From assembly GCA_964016885.1 (NCBI GenBank), contig OZ024740.1, positions 209,746,001-209,810,000 on the forward strand: a stretch of 64,000 nt of DNA. Reading direction: 5' to 3'. The notes below the pieces were generated by a model that was given only the letters and a program-made list of their open reading frames with translations, made no database searches and was not told the DNA's origin. A program made the translations under genes and the position numbers. Every line of letters begins with the position of its first letter. The stretch's first letter is position 1. Below, one piece after another: positions 54,105 through 64,000 of this stretch. Source of the DNA: Eledone cirrhosa. Taxonomy: Eukaryota.

Positions 54105-55185
54105 GAAGCAACCATCTCCAATTGATCCGGCTAGATCTCTAAGCGTGACCAGCCGAGCTCATGGATGTTATCCAACCATCTTGCTCGAGATCTACCTCTG
54201 GGTCTCCTGCTGGTTGGTTTTGCCTGTAAAGTTTGTCCAAAGATTCTTTCCTGAGAGATTCTTTATTGAGAGATTCTAACCACATGTCCGTAATATCGGA
54301 GCTGTGATCCCTCAATTCTGAGAAGTAGCGGCTCTATCTGGAGCGACTCTCTGATCTCCGAGCTAACACTCTATCTTGTAATGTTACTCCAAAGACCCTT
54401 CGAAGGAATCCCATTTCATTTGCTTGTACACACGATCGTATTCTTTTGGTCATTACCCACGATTCATGGCCATAGGTAAGCGTTGGCATGAATACCGAAT
54501 TGAAGATAGCGAGTTTGGCTTTTACACCTATCTCCCTTCTTCTGATTACTGAATGCTGAAGCTGGCGCATTACTGCACCAGCTCCTGCAATTCTTGCACT
54601 TAATTCAGCCTCCTGACTTCCATCACTCATGAACTCAACCCCGAGATACTTGAACTTCTCCGCCTGCTTCAGTGTATGTAGAGTGAACTGCGTAGCCTTC
54701 CGTGAGAGGACGAGTGTTTCAGTCTTAGTAGCATTAATTTTCATTCCAGCCCAGCAACACTTGGCATAAGACCTGTCAAGTGCATATCGGAGATCATCTT
54801 CTGACGAGTTAAGCAATACTATGTTGTCTGCAAATTCCAGCCGATTGATACTACACTTACTAGGCATGACACCACTCCCAATCTGGCTGTGTGTCAATCC
54901 TACCCATGAAGATTATGAACAGGAGAGGTGGCAGTACGCATCCTTGGCAGAGTCCAATACCCACATTGAACGGTTTTCACTTAACACCATTTATGCGAAC
55001 AAAAATACTAGAGCATTCGTATAGAGACATCAGGGCAACAAGAAGCTGTCTATCGATCCCATACCCCTGCAGCACCTTCCACAACAGGTCCCGTGGAATG
55101 CGGTTTATGCCTTTTCAAGGTCTATGAAATAAAAATACAACTCTTGGCAATACTCCCACAATTTCTCAAAGACCTGCCGCAGTAT
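54105..55185 (-). pseudogene. RTE-clade LINE reverse transcriptase fragment (truncated, frameshifted)
   Basis: LEFADNIVLL, MKINATKTE, FKYLG, PTLTYGHESW and EMGFLRR in 54334-54897; the upstream frame reads GLCQGCVLPPLLFIIFM. Confidence 0.88.
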
Positions 55186-55209
55186 GGATATTATTATTTT
55201 TATTATTAA

Positions 55210-55400
55210 GGCGGTGGGTTGGCAGTATCTGTAGAAGGTCGGACATCATGCTTTTTTAGCATAGGGTTAAGCCCCTTTACGGCCTGAGTTCAAATCCTGC
55301 CGCGGTTAACTTTGTCTTTCATCCTTACGGGGTCGATAACATAAAGTACCAGTAATACACTGGGATACTTGCTGGCCTTTTGCCAAAAGTAGAAACAATT
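55210..55400 (+). mobile_element. SINE family A
   Basis: ggcggtgggttggcag head, gagttcaaatcc, central domain; flanked by (ATT)n. Confidence 0.85.
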
Positions 55401-55880
55401 ATTATTATTATTATCTTATTAATAGGGTTTGTTAAAATGTCGGGCCCGCATAATCTTGTGTTTCGAACCATATGACCCCTAGAATATATGGCTACGGTTC
55501 ACCCATTCCAGGATGCCCCGCTACGTTGAGTCTATTCAAGTAAAATATCTTGTAAGCATTTAATTATTGGAATAATGACTTTATCCCATTTTATGTTATT
55601 TTATTTATTTATTTATTTAATTAATTATTTATTTATTTATTTACTTATTTATTATGCTTATATTTACACACGCAATCCTTAGACCCTTTGTGTATCGTTT
55701 AAAATTCTTTATATATGTTTACATGTTTAAACATATTTTATATACTTCGTTTTTATATTTGTTCTGTAAGATTCTTGATATGAAATCATGCGTTGAAACA
55801 GATATTATTATATTCTGCGATGGCCATACTGCCAATAAAACACACACACACCAATTGAGTTTCACTTCAGTTTATTATTA

Positions 55881-56045
55881 ATGGTTAGAGAGTCGGATTC
55901 GCAATCGTGAGGTTGTGAGTTCAATTCTCGGACCGGGTGATGCGATGTGTTGTGTCCTTGAGCAAGACGTTTTATTTCACGTTGCTCTTTCTATCAGATG
56001 TTGCGACCGGTAGATAGTATCAGCAATGGAAAGACCAATGGAAAC
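55881..56045 (+). mobile_element. tRNA-derived CORE-like SINE (family B)
   Basis: tggttagag..gagttcaattctc (A/B boxes) plus gtgtccttgagcaagac. Confidence 0.7.
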
Positions 56046-57091
56046 ATTGTTTCCTTGGTTTGATTTGACGAGATCCACCTCACTCGACAAGCGAATGAGG
56101 TCTGGGATCTTGTCGATCGATCAGAGCGTGAGCTAACTATTCCGTTGATCGGTTAATTTAGTAACCGGATAGTTGTTTAATTGCCCTGTTTATTTTATAT
56201 TGTAAAAACCCTTTCGTCACACACCCTGTGACCTCAATCACTATTTTTGCTCTACTGTGTCTCCTCTTGTCCTATTTACCCCAGCCACCCAGTTACTAAA
56301 CTAACCGATGAATGGATTAGTAACTTAACTAATGTGTTTTTTAATGGCAGCATGACCTTCCCGAAGTATAACAATATTTGTGTATATTTATATACGGTTT
56401 TTCCTTTATTTACATATTGACTATTTCAAATGTACAGCAGACATTTTGGTACCAACGTATACCCCATGGTCTATTTTTACTGTCGACTGTTAGAAAACAA
56501 AGGATGAAATATCTCTGTTACTAACAGTTTTATGACACCTACAAGCCTACATAATTAACAATATCAATTCGTTTTCAATCGTTCTTTGTAACTATTTGTT
56601 GTACTTACTTTTTAATGGTTTGTTCTTATTTGGTGTCTTTATCTTTCATTTTATTAACTTTATCTCTTTATTTTTATTCGTGTGTTTTTGTATTTACGTC
56701 TCTTTGTTATTATATTTTAAATGCTGACTGCACAGGAAACCACTATACTCAGCAGACTGCCTTATCAAATGTAACATGCAATCTCAACGGATTTTGTCTC
56801 TTGCTCTACGTCTTTTTCTTTTCTCAGTCTTATTTCTTTATTTGAATGTTATATATGTTTAATGTCTTCCGGGATCTATAACGGCACTGTTGATATAATT
56901 GGAGACAGATTGATTCTGAACCCGGTCTTGTTTATAACGGTCAGGGGAAGTAACATAACTCTTTGAGTTCAGCTATGATTGATAGTGCAATTCCTTGTGT
57001 ATAAACAGATGCATAATACTACAGCTGTGAGCAGGATTCCCATAGACACGGCCGTTCAGATATGAACGGATCTTAAACTAAAGTCTTTATT

Positions 57092-57167
<76 letters not shown>

Positions 57168-57412
57168 AAATATAGAGAAAAATACTGCAGGTAGCACATG
57201 GATAACATGTAATAAAATGAGTCCCCCATCAGTGATTTGCCGACGATCATAGATATTTCATTGCATTAAAAATCATATATATATATACACACACGCGCGC
57301 ATACACTACCCCCCACCACCATATATATATATGGCTGACTGAACATACACGCGCTTTTTTCTTCTCCTTCTCACCCTCCTTTATCTTTCTATTTCTTTTA
57401 TTTTTCATTCTA

Positions 57413-57454
57413 GCTTCTGATGAAGGACTAGCCGAACTACCGAAACGTTTAAAC
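57413..57454 (+). ncRNA. Minimal hammerhead-like motif (weak stem I)
   Basis: tt-CTGATGA-a-gg..cc-GAAA-cgtt-TA-aa. Confidence 0.5.
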
Positions 57455-57542
57455 ATTTCCTATTATCAAGCGTTAATCTAATAAATACCTGTAGTATATT
57501 GATTGCTGTGTTGTTTTCCGTTTACTTTTCGCATCCATTTCG

Positions 57543-57545
<3 letters not shown>

Positions 57546-57623
<78 letters not shown>
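57546..57623. repeat. (CA)n microsatellite
   Basis: Read directly. Confidence 0.97.
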
Positions 57624-57632
<9 letters not shown>

Positions 57633-57900
57633 AATAGAAAAGAATGAAACGAAATTTCATTTGTCACTCTTAGTACGGCTGTTACCTAAATATAAGCATG
57701 TATACGTACATACAAATATGTGTACAGACGTACAGTAATATGTATATATATATACATACATGCACACATATATATATGTACGTATGGATTTACCGAACAT
57801 TTATTATAATGTTCGGTTTGTTTGTAACCAAACAGCCCGAAATTACGCCGTACAGTGCTCGGCAACCATCGTCGCCCTTTTGTTCAACACTGACACAGGA

Positions 57901-57943
57901 ACGGTGTACTAGTTTCAAGCTTATTAGCTATCGTCAGCATCGT
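57901..57943 (-). ncRNA. Minimal type I hammerhead ribozyme motif
   Basis: Minus strand: acgatg-CTGACGA-t-agct-aata-agct-t-GAAA-CTAG-TA-caccgt. Stem I is 5/6 paired, with palindromic CUAG loop III. Confidence 0.7.
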
Positions 57944-57987
57944 ATACCTTCCTGTCAGATGATTGAACGTTTGAAAGTATATATATA

Positions 57988-58018
<31 letters not shown>

Positions 58019-58404
58019 ATAGATATATATAAAAGAAAAGTAACGAAGACCGCTGTTATAATTTCAGCGTCCTTCGGCTAGCGTCTAGCTCACTCAATGA
58101 ATCTGGCAAATTGCATTTATGCAGCTGCAATCAACTGTTCAGAGTGCATATATTTAGTTTATTGTAGACAGTTGGGTGTGTTATTAGTTACAGATTAATA
58201 TAAATATTAATTTTCCAGACGATAATTTCTGTACACTATATTTTCACAAATGCAGATTTTACTTCTGCAATGTTCAGAAAATCACGAAAAATCAGCGGAT
58301 ATTTACGTAACTGGGCTATGCTACATCTTCAGCAGGATTACCTTATAATATTATGCGATAATTTTCGTACAGTGTGAGTCAGCACGTACTACTGGATAGA
58401 TACC

Positions 58405-58464
<60 letters not shown>

Positions 58465-58609
58465 GTATGTGTTGGTTGTTTACCGACACTTCAGTATACA
58501 GGTTGGAGCACTCAACGAAGTGCGCAGCTTGGTCTGTTTACTCCGTAGTAATGTAAAAACAAGAAGTGTAAGTCAACAGGGTAAAATTAGCTTCATTTAT
58601 TCATATTAG

Positions 58610-58666
58610 CTGCTATATATATTTCAGTGATAGCCATTATTCAACAGCTATGACCTCATCAGGCAG
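58610..58666 (-). ncRNA. Minimal type I hammerhead ribozyme, intact core
   Basis: Minus strand: ctgc-CTGATGA-ggtcatagc..gctatcact-GAAA-t-ATAT-a-TA-gcag. AUA cleavage triplet and palindromic tetraloop. Confidence 0.8.
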
Positions 58667-58886
58667 TAAGAACTTGAACAGAAAAAACAGGAAAACATAA
58701 TGTTGTAATATATTTTACCTTGTTAATCCATTGATATGCTCAGATCAAGAGTGTGGTGTTAGTACTCTAAGGAACTGAAAGCATATGCAGTTCCTTAGAG
58801 GACTCTGGATCTGAGCATACCAATGGATTAAGAAGGTAAAATCTATTACAACATTATGTTTTCCTGTTTTTTTCTGTTCAAGTTTA

Positions 58887-58934
58887 CTGCCTGATGAGGT
58901 CATAGCTCCTGAGTAATGGCTATCACTGAAATAT
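58887..58934 (+). ncRNA. Mirror hammerhead copy lacking its cleavage-site/stem I 3' strand (deletion)
   Basis: ctgc-CTGATGA-ggtcatagc..gctatcact-GAAA-tat, then a jump to gaagcta; about 24 nt present in the left arm are missing. Confidence 0.7.
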
Positions 58935-59030
58935 GAAGCTAATTTTCCCCTGTTGACTAACACTTCTTGTTTATATAAGATTTCGTTAAAGGGGAAAGCA
59001 ACGATTCTTTGCTTAAACTTTAACCTGTTA

Positions 59031-59131
<101 letters not shown>

Positions 59132-59336
59132 ATATTTGGGGATGGTCATATTTGCGTAATATTGCCAGAATTAATAACAGAACACACTCACTGTTTGGTT
59201 GGTTTTCGCTTCTCGCTGTCTTTTATATACATATATCTGCGATCTAACTTACTCGGTCCTCAATGTTGCCATTGACTGACCGGCGGTCAAAAATAATACA
59301 GATACAATATAGACAAACACATATATATATAGTTTA

Positions 59337-59376
59337 CATAAATCTTTCGTTGCACATCTGCAACATCGTCAGTGGT
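59337..59376 (-). ncRNA. Minimal hammerhead motif in the 3' (pLTR-like) region of the Penelope-like element
   Basis: Minus strand: ca-CTGACGA-t-gttgca-gatg-tgcaac-GAAA-gatt-TA-tg. Perfect 6-bp stem II, stem I only ~2 bp. Confidence 0.6.
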
Positions 59377-59648
59377 GTTATATTCATTGTTCCTCCTGTT
59401 GTGTTGTATGTCTACGCCATTTTTTTTGTTCAGTCTGTCTATATATTTATTTATTTATTTATTTGCTTGTTTGTTTATCTTATTTTATTTTGTCTTCTTT
59501 GCGCATGCGTTTGCGTGTGTGTATAGTGTTATGTGTGATGTGTGACTAGTGTGTATAGTGTTGTGTCTGCTGGGTGACTAGTGTGTGTTTATGTGCTTGT
59601 GTATGTATTTATTTATCTTATTTTATTTAATTTAATTTACTTATTTAT

Positions 59649-62009
59649 TTATACTTCTCTTAGGTCAGTGTTGTTTGTTTGGGTGTTGTTGTTGTTCCAC
59701 TCATTCTTTCTGTTTAGCTTTGGTCTTCTAATTTCTATTTCACTGGCCTCTCTGATTTGCCTATCTGCTGGGTCATTCCTATGTTTAGATATTATTCTAA
59801 TTTCTATGTTGTCTATGTTACCGTCATGATGTTGTCTAGCATGTTCGTATAGTACTGACCCGTTTTTTCGTCCTTTTAGTTCCCCCCAGTGTTGGTCTAT
59901 CCTTTCACCTATGCTACGAGCTGTCTCACCTATGTATGTTGTTGTCGTGTTTCTGCAAGTACCCTCTGTACATCTTATGCTATAGACTACGTTTCTAGTT
60001 TTACAGTTTATCCGGGGGTTCACCTTACATATGATACATTTCCTATTGGTACAGTGGGTTTTCTTAAAAGGGTAGGTTTTGCTGATCAGGGATTTTATGG
60101 TGGTTCCTGGCTTTTCTACCACCTTTATTTTTAAGTGGGTCTTTCTCAGGGCCTTTCTACACTGGTTAGCTAATTTCCCTCCAGGGGTGGCGTCCACAAA
60201 CATGACACTCTGATATCTCTGGTTGTCGTACCATGATGTGGCCTTCCCTATCTTATGTCTAGCCCTATCTAAGCTATTCCATGATTTGCTCCTGTATAGT
60301 GGGCAAATTCCTTTCATGTCCAGTTCTATGAGGGTCTTATACTTTTCCATGGCTCCTTCGTATACTCTGACTCTGTCTCTTTGGTTGTAGCCAGAGAACT
60401 GCATGCGGTTGATGAAGTGTTGGATGTGTCCTTCCATTTCTGTTGGGTCGCACATGCTGGACACATTCTTCATCACTCGTACCAAATCTGCGATCAGAAT
60501 ATTAAACTTAGCACTACTGGACATTGCTGAGTTTTTGAGTATCAGGTATTTGGAGGCCATGGGTTTAGCATAGTGTGAGTGGAGAATTTGGGCTCTCTCG
60601 TCTATAGTGTTGATCCAGAGTTCTGTGTCTAATACAGGTAGTCTATTGTTAGGGTGTTTGGAAGGGAAGTCTATAGTTACAGTTATACTCTGGTGTATGG
60701 AATTAGCTATCTGCTGGATGCTTTCCATCGTGCTACGTTCTAAATCAAACTTGTTAGTGCTCTCTAGTGGGGGTGTTCTTATAACTATATTGATATCGTC
60801 TACATAACGAGAGTACATGATGAGGTCTATGGAGCTTTCATTAAGGAGATCTTTAAGTCTCCTTTCCCACCATACCATGAAAAGGTTGGCAACATCGCCA
60901 GCTATGCTGACGCCGATGGCTGCTCCCTCATTTTGGGTGTAGATTTTCTCATTGAACTTAAATATGTGGCCCTTTAGGGTAGTTTTGATACTAGCCCCTA
61001 TTGCATGTGCGACCATTTTTCTTACCTGATCAGTGTTTTGGGGGGTCCGTATAGCTTTGGTCCACCCAATCCACCTTCCTATGGGAGTCTTTTTAGCCAT
61101 TGAGGTTATGGTGGGGGGTCTACCTCTTATAGGTCTACTAGGGCAGAAACATCTAAGGTCATGGCTGTCTAGGTAGTCAGTGTCGTAGGTAAGTCTAAGT
61201 AGGAGGCCCAGTTCGTCTGTGTCGACGTCGCAGAACTCCACCTCACTCTCAATGATCATCTCCACACATCTTTTCACAGCAAAATCAATGTTAATGGATG
61301 GGTACAGTGACACCACATCCATGCTGCCTATTATGCAGTTGGATAGGCTCCTGTTTTTGTTGCACTCACTGATTCTGCTGAGGAGGTCCTCTGTACTTTC
61401 ACATACATCTGGGGACATCTTGATTATGGGGCGTATAACCATTGAGAGGAAGTAGGAGATCCTGTAGTTGCTAGCTATATTAGCTCCGCATACAGGTCTT
61501 GTTGGTGGTCCTATTGTCGGGTCGTCGACTGTCTTGTGGTCTTTGCGGAGCCCATACAAGGGTGGTATGCCATTGTTAGACGCCTGGAAGTTGTTGGCAG
61601 TGCGTCTGCTTGGCTTTAGGATGTCAGTCCACATCATCATGTGAGCGTTGAGGATTTTTTCTCTCCCATCGTGTGTTAGTTGTGCAACTTCGCTCGTGTT
61701 GGTGATGTGGGGTTGCATTGCCTCGATGTAGTTCGGCATGCTATCTATTGACATCCTACCAGACTTATCTGTGGGTAGACACACTACCTCACCATCCCTT
61801 GTGCGCTGCTTGAGGCTAACCAAGCCTTCTACAGGTTTTATCCCAAGTTGTTGGGCCTCTGGTCTGCTCTGTCTCATAGTGTACCTGTCTACTACTTGTC
61901 TAATCTTATTTCTAGCTATGGTGAACTGTGCCTCCGTCTCGTCATCTATTTGTTGTGGTATGCAAACTCTTTTATTAAAGGGTAACCTCGTAGGATAGAT
62001 ATTACCCAT
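59649..62009 (-). CDS. Penelope-like element protein: reverse transcriptase + C-terminal GIY-YIG endonuclease (786 aa from first Met; frame open to 62414)
   Basis: PTDKSG, LYGLRKDHK, RPVC, SMDVVSLYPSI, QNEGAAIG, RYVDD, LPVLD; Cys linker CTNRKCIIC; NVVYSIRC..C..YIGETARS..R..QH; H..HH; REA; LN. Confidence 0.95.
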   Translation of the reverse strand: MGNIYPTRLPFNKRVCIPQQIDDETEAQFTIARNKIRQVVDRYTMRQSRPEAQQLGIKPVEGLVSLKQRTRDGEVVCLPTDKSGRMSIDSMPNYIEAMQPHITNTSEVAQLTHDGREKILNAHMMMWTDILKPSRRTANNFQASNNGIPPLYGLRKDHKTVDDPTIGPPTRPVCGANIASNYRISYFLSMVIRPIIKMSPDVCESTEDLLSRISECNKNRSLSNCIIGSMDVVSLYPSINIDFAVKRCVEMIIESEVEFCDVDTDELGLLLRLTYDTDYLDSHDLRCFCPSRPIRGRPPTITSMAKKTPIGRWIGWTKAIRTPQNTDQVRKMVAHAIGASIKTTLKGHIFKFNEKIYTQNEGAAIGVSIAGDVANLFMVWWERRLKDLLNESSIDLIMYSRYVDDINIVIRTPPLESTNKFDLERSTMESIQQIANSIHQSITVTIDFPSKHPNNRLPVLDTELWINTIDERAQILHSHYAKPMASKYLILKNSAMSSSAKFNILIADLVRVMKNVSSMCDPTEMEGHIQHFINRMQFSGYNQRDRVRVYEGAMEKYKTLIELDMKGICPLYRSKSWNSLDRARHKIGKATSWYDNQRYQSVMFVDATPGGKLANQCRKALRKTHLKIKVVEKPGTTIKSLISKTYPFKKTHCTNRKCIICKVNPRINCKTRNVVYSIRCTEGTCRNTTTTYIGETARSIGERIDQHWGELKGRKNGSVLYEHARQHHDGNIDNIEIRIISKHRNDPADRQIREASEIEIRRPKLNRKNEWNNNNTQTNNTDLREV

Positions 62010-62450
62010 CTTATATGTTTTGTCAGCTGGGTTGAAAAATAGTTTCTCTAAGGGGTTGTCGTTATTTCTATCGTCATAGTTGTGTGTGTTGCTATTATTG
62101 TTATCATGGTGGTTGTTGTTGTTTCTATCCTTAGCATTAATATTATTATTGTTATGATTGCTAGATGTATTGTTGTTTACTTCACCGTTATTGTTGTTGT
62201 TGTTACTGCTATTTCTACCATTGTGGTTGTTACTATTATTATGTTTCTTGTTTTTGTTGATGTTGCTACATGTACTATTTCCATTATTACCACTGTGGTT
62301 ATTGTTGTTGTTGTTGTTCGTATTGTTACCGTTATTACTACTGTGGTCACTGTTGCTGTGTCTGTGGTTAACGTTTCTATTATTATTATTATTGTGGTTG
62401 TTGTTATATATATATTATATTATAAGATTAATAGTATTTTTCATTTTCAG

Positions 62451-62566
62451 GATATAACCTCGGACATGTTCTGCATCAATGTGGATTTTTCTGCGAACGA
62501 TCGTCTCATTGTACCTTGTCGAAGTACTTGTGACACAGTCGCTACTTGAATGGAGAATATACGGCG
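62451..62566 (+). other. Possible host exon containing a start codon and signal-peptide-like sequence (MWIFLRTIVSLYLVEVLVTQSLLEWRIYG)
   Basis: Acceptor tttttcattttcag at 62450, ATG at 62479, phase-1 donor G|GTAAAA at 62566/7; unique sequence. Confidence 0.35.
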
Positions 62567-62840
62567 GTAAAATGAGAGTAGTTGATATATATAAAAGGGA
62601 TCTACAGATTTGTCATGAGACTTGGAGAGGAGTAAGTAACAACACAGCAAAACCGGGGGTGAGGGGAGTGGTTCCCGTTTGTAGAAGGAGCAATGTAAAG
62701 TGGAACGGCTGATGTAGCGAGTGTCGTAGGCTGTTCTCCGGGACCTTCTTGTTTTGGGGGTGCAGCTGAAATATACCGCCTAACCAAAGGTGGAGGGTCT
62801 GCCCCTCCCTTCGCCTAACATTTTTAAAATCATTATTTTA

Positions 62841-62953
62841 CTCAAATCCCGTCGAGGTTAACTTTGCCTTTCATCCTAACGGGGGTCGATAAAATAAAGT
62901 ACCAGTAATACACTGGAATAATTGCTGGTCTTGTGCCTATTGTAGAAACAATT
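62841..62953 (+). mobile_element. SINE family A (head missing)
   Basis: caaatcccgtcgaggttaactttgcctttcatcc..ggtcgataaaataaagtaccag. Confidence 0.85.
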
Positions 62954-62958
62954 ATTTT

Positions 62959-62963
<5 letters not shown>

Positions 62964-63010
<47 letters not shown>
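62964..63010. repeat. (CT)n microsatellite
   Basis: Read directly. Confidence 0.95.
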
Positions 63011-63014
<4 letters not shown>

Positions 63015-63024
63015 ATTACAAAAT

Positions 63025-63218
63025 ATTAATTTCTAATTTAGACAGAAGGAGAGCAAATTTGAGGGAAGAGCAAAGTTAACCCTCAGTACTTTACTGATAC
63101 TTTATTTTAGTGACTCCAGAAAATTGAGCTTGACGGGATTTAATTCAGTGTAAAAAGCTAGAATAAACGTCACAATGACATTTTATCCGACTCTCTATCA
63201 ATTCTGCCAACCCATCAT
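63025..63218 (-). mobile_element. Diverged SINE family A
   Basis: tactgatactttatttt..gacgggattt..attctgccaac. Confidence 0.65.
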
Positions 63219-63600
63219 CCTTATTCATTAACTTATTACTAACACAACATAAGGCACAATGACTGGAAAAATTAATTAATTTTTTTTTATTCGTGAAAGG
63301 AAGCTGGAAGGTTGACGGTCATGTATTTTTACAAATAATTCGCAGTATTAGTTTATGCAAGATGATTTCAAGATTGTAATGCGTCCGTCACACTGACTAT
63401 GCATTGTATCTTGAAAACAAAGCGTGTATTTTCAGATTATATGAAATATCCAAAGGGACGTAATTGTTGTTATTTTGTTAATAGTCTCCCTTAGATCGGG
63501 CAGCAACTTGCTTATATAAATCAATCGAGGCGAGATTGTCAAGCATATTGAATTACCTTGCAAATCTCCAGCTGATGTACAACAAAGACCCCCCCCCCCC

Positions 63601-63619
63601 ACATACATACATACATACA

Positions 63620-63650
<31 letters not shown>

Positions 63651-63668
63651 GCATACATACATACATAC
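63601..63668. repeat. (CATA)n microsatellite preceded by a poly-C run
   Basis: Read directly. Confidence 0.95.
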
Positions 63669-64000
63669 GACAATGTTTAATAAAAAACCAAATAATGAAA
63701 TATTACGTGTTATTAACGAAATAGGGGATGAATATTTACGACGGATAAAAACCCCAACATTTTGGCAAATCAACGCCTGTTTATATGCCTTAGCAACGAC
63801 AGTGAAGCATTATCTTGTTGATAGCAGAGATATTAACAAGAACAACACCACCAAAAATACCATCATATATAACTAAAATAGAAAAAAAGATTGCTGACCT
63901 ACGAAAAACCATAGGATATGTGACAATGTTCCTTACACAAAAAAAATCTCACTCCTCACAAACAAAGAGTGAAAAATAAAATAGAGACGATGTATGGTAA
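63669..64000 (+). mobile_element. Probable start of a second degraded R4/Dong-like element (N-terminal ORF region), continuing beyond the window
   Basis: Begins directly after (CATA)n. FWQINACLYALATTV resembles the IN.L.YA.A motif I recall upstream of RT in R4-clade ORFs. No RT is visible in the window. Confidence 0.45.

Larger units (their letters stand above)
58557..58972. repeat. 416-bp foldback element with a hammerhead motif in each arm
   Basis: Arms pair along almost their whole length (aaacaagaagtgt/acacttcttgttt; caggaaaacataatgttgtaata/tattacaacattatgttttcctg). Centre ctctaaggaactg-10 nt-cagttccttagag. Confidence 0.95.

Noticed and set aside
58292-58336. Hammerhead-like CUGAAGA-U-GUAGC..GUUAC-GUAA on - strand
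   Set aside because: GAAA is mutated and there is no clear stem I or cleavage site; at most a remnant, so not called as a feature
59889-61998. Short + strand ORFs inside the PLE
   Set aside because: Antisense to the RT/EN coding region, with no motifs
62082-62549. Hydrophobic V/I-rich and L-rich 'membrane protein' ORFs on +
   Set aside because: Antisense shadows of the Asn-rich extension of the Penelope ORF
62706-62778. cgg-CTGATGT-agc..gct-GAAA-tata-ccg
   Set aside because: Core lacks A9 and there are too few bases for stem III; possible remnant only
63355-63425. Hairpin ttcaagat..atcttgaa preceded by aagatga
   Set aside because: Too degenerate to call a ribozyme

Overview
Eukaryotic (animal) repeat-rich DNA with no prokaryotic genes. 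The SINE families and microsatellite load suggest an octopus/cephalopod, which is my inference. Bases 1-39730 are one (GT)-derived satellite of ~30-34 bp monomers with multi-kb higher-order repeats. 39972-44660 is a (TATG)n/(CATA)n field holding a frameshifted R4/Dong-like RLE retrotransposon (- strand) and a head-to-tail stack of five small RTE-derived non-autonomous elements, the longest starting at a candidate HDV-like ribozyme. 47560-51562 is a 54-bp minisatellite. 59127-62414 is a Penelope-like retroelement (RT + GIY-YIG, uninterrupted frame) between TA tracts. The most unusual signal is non-coding. 53.7-62.8 kb contains several minimal type-I hammerhead ribozyme motifs. Two ORF-less foldback elements (53682-53954, 58557-58972) carry a hammerhead-like core in each arm, one per polarity. 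Also present are many tRNA-derived SINEs, an RTE LINE fragment, a pogo/Tigger relic, a probable second R4-like element at the right edge, and a possible host signal-peptide exon. Most ORF-track entries are repeat artefacts.
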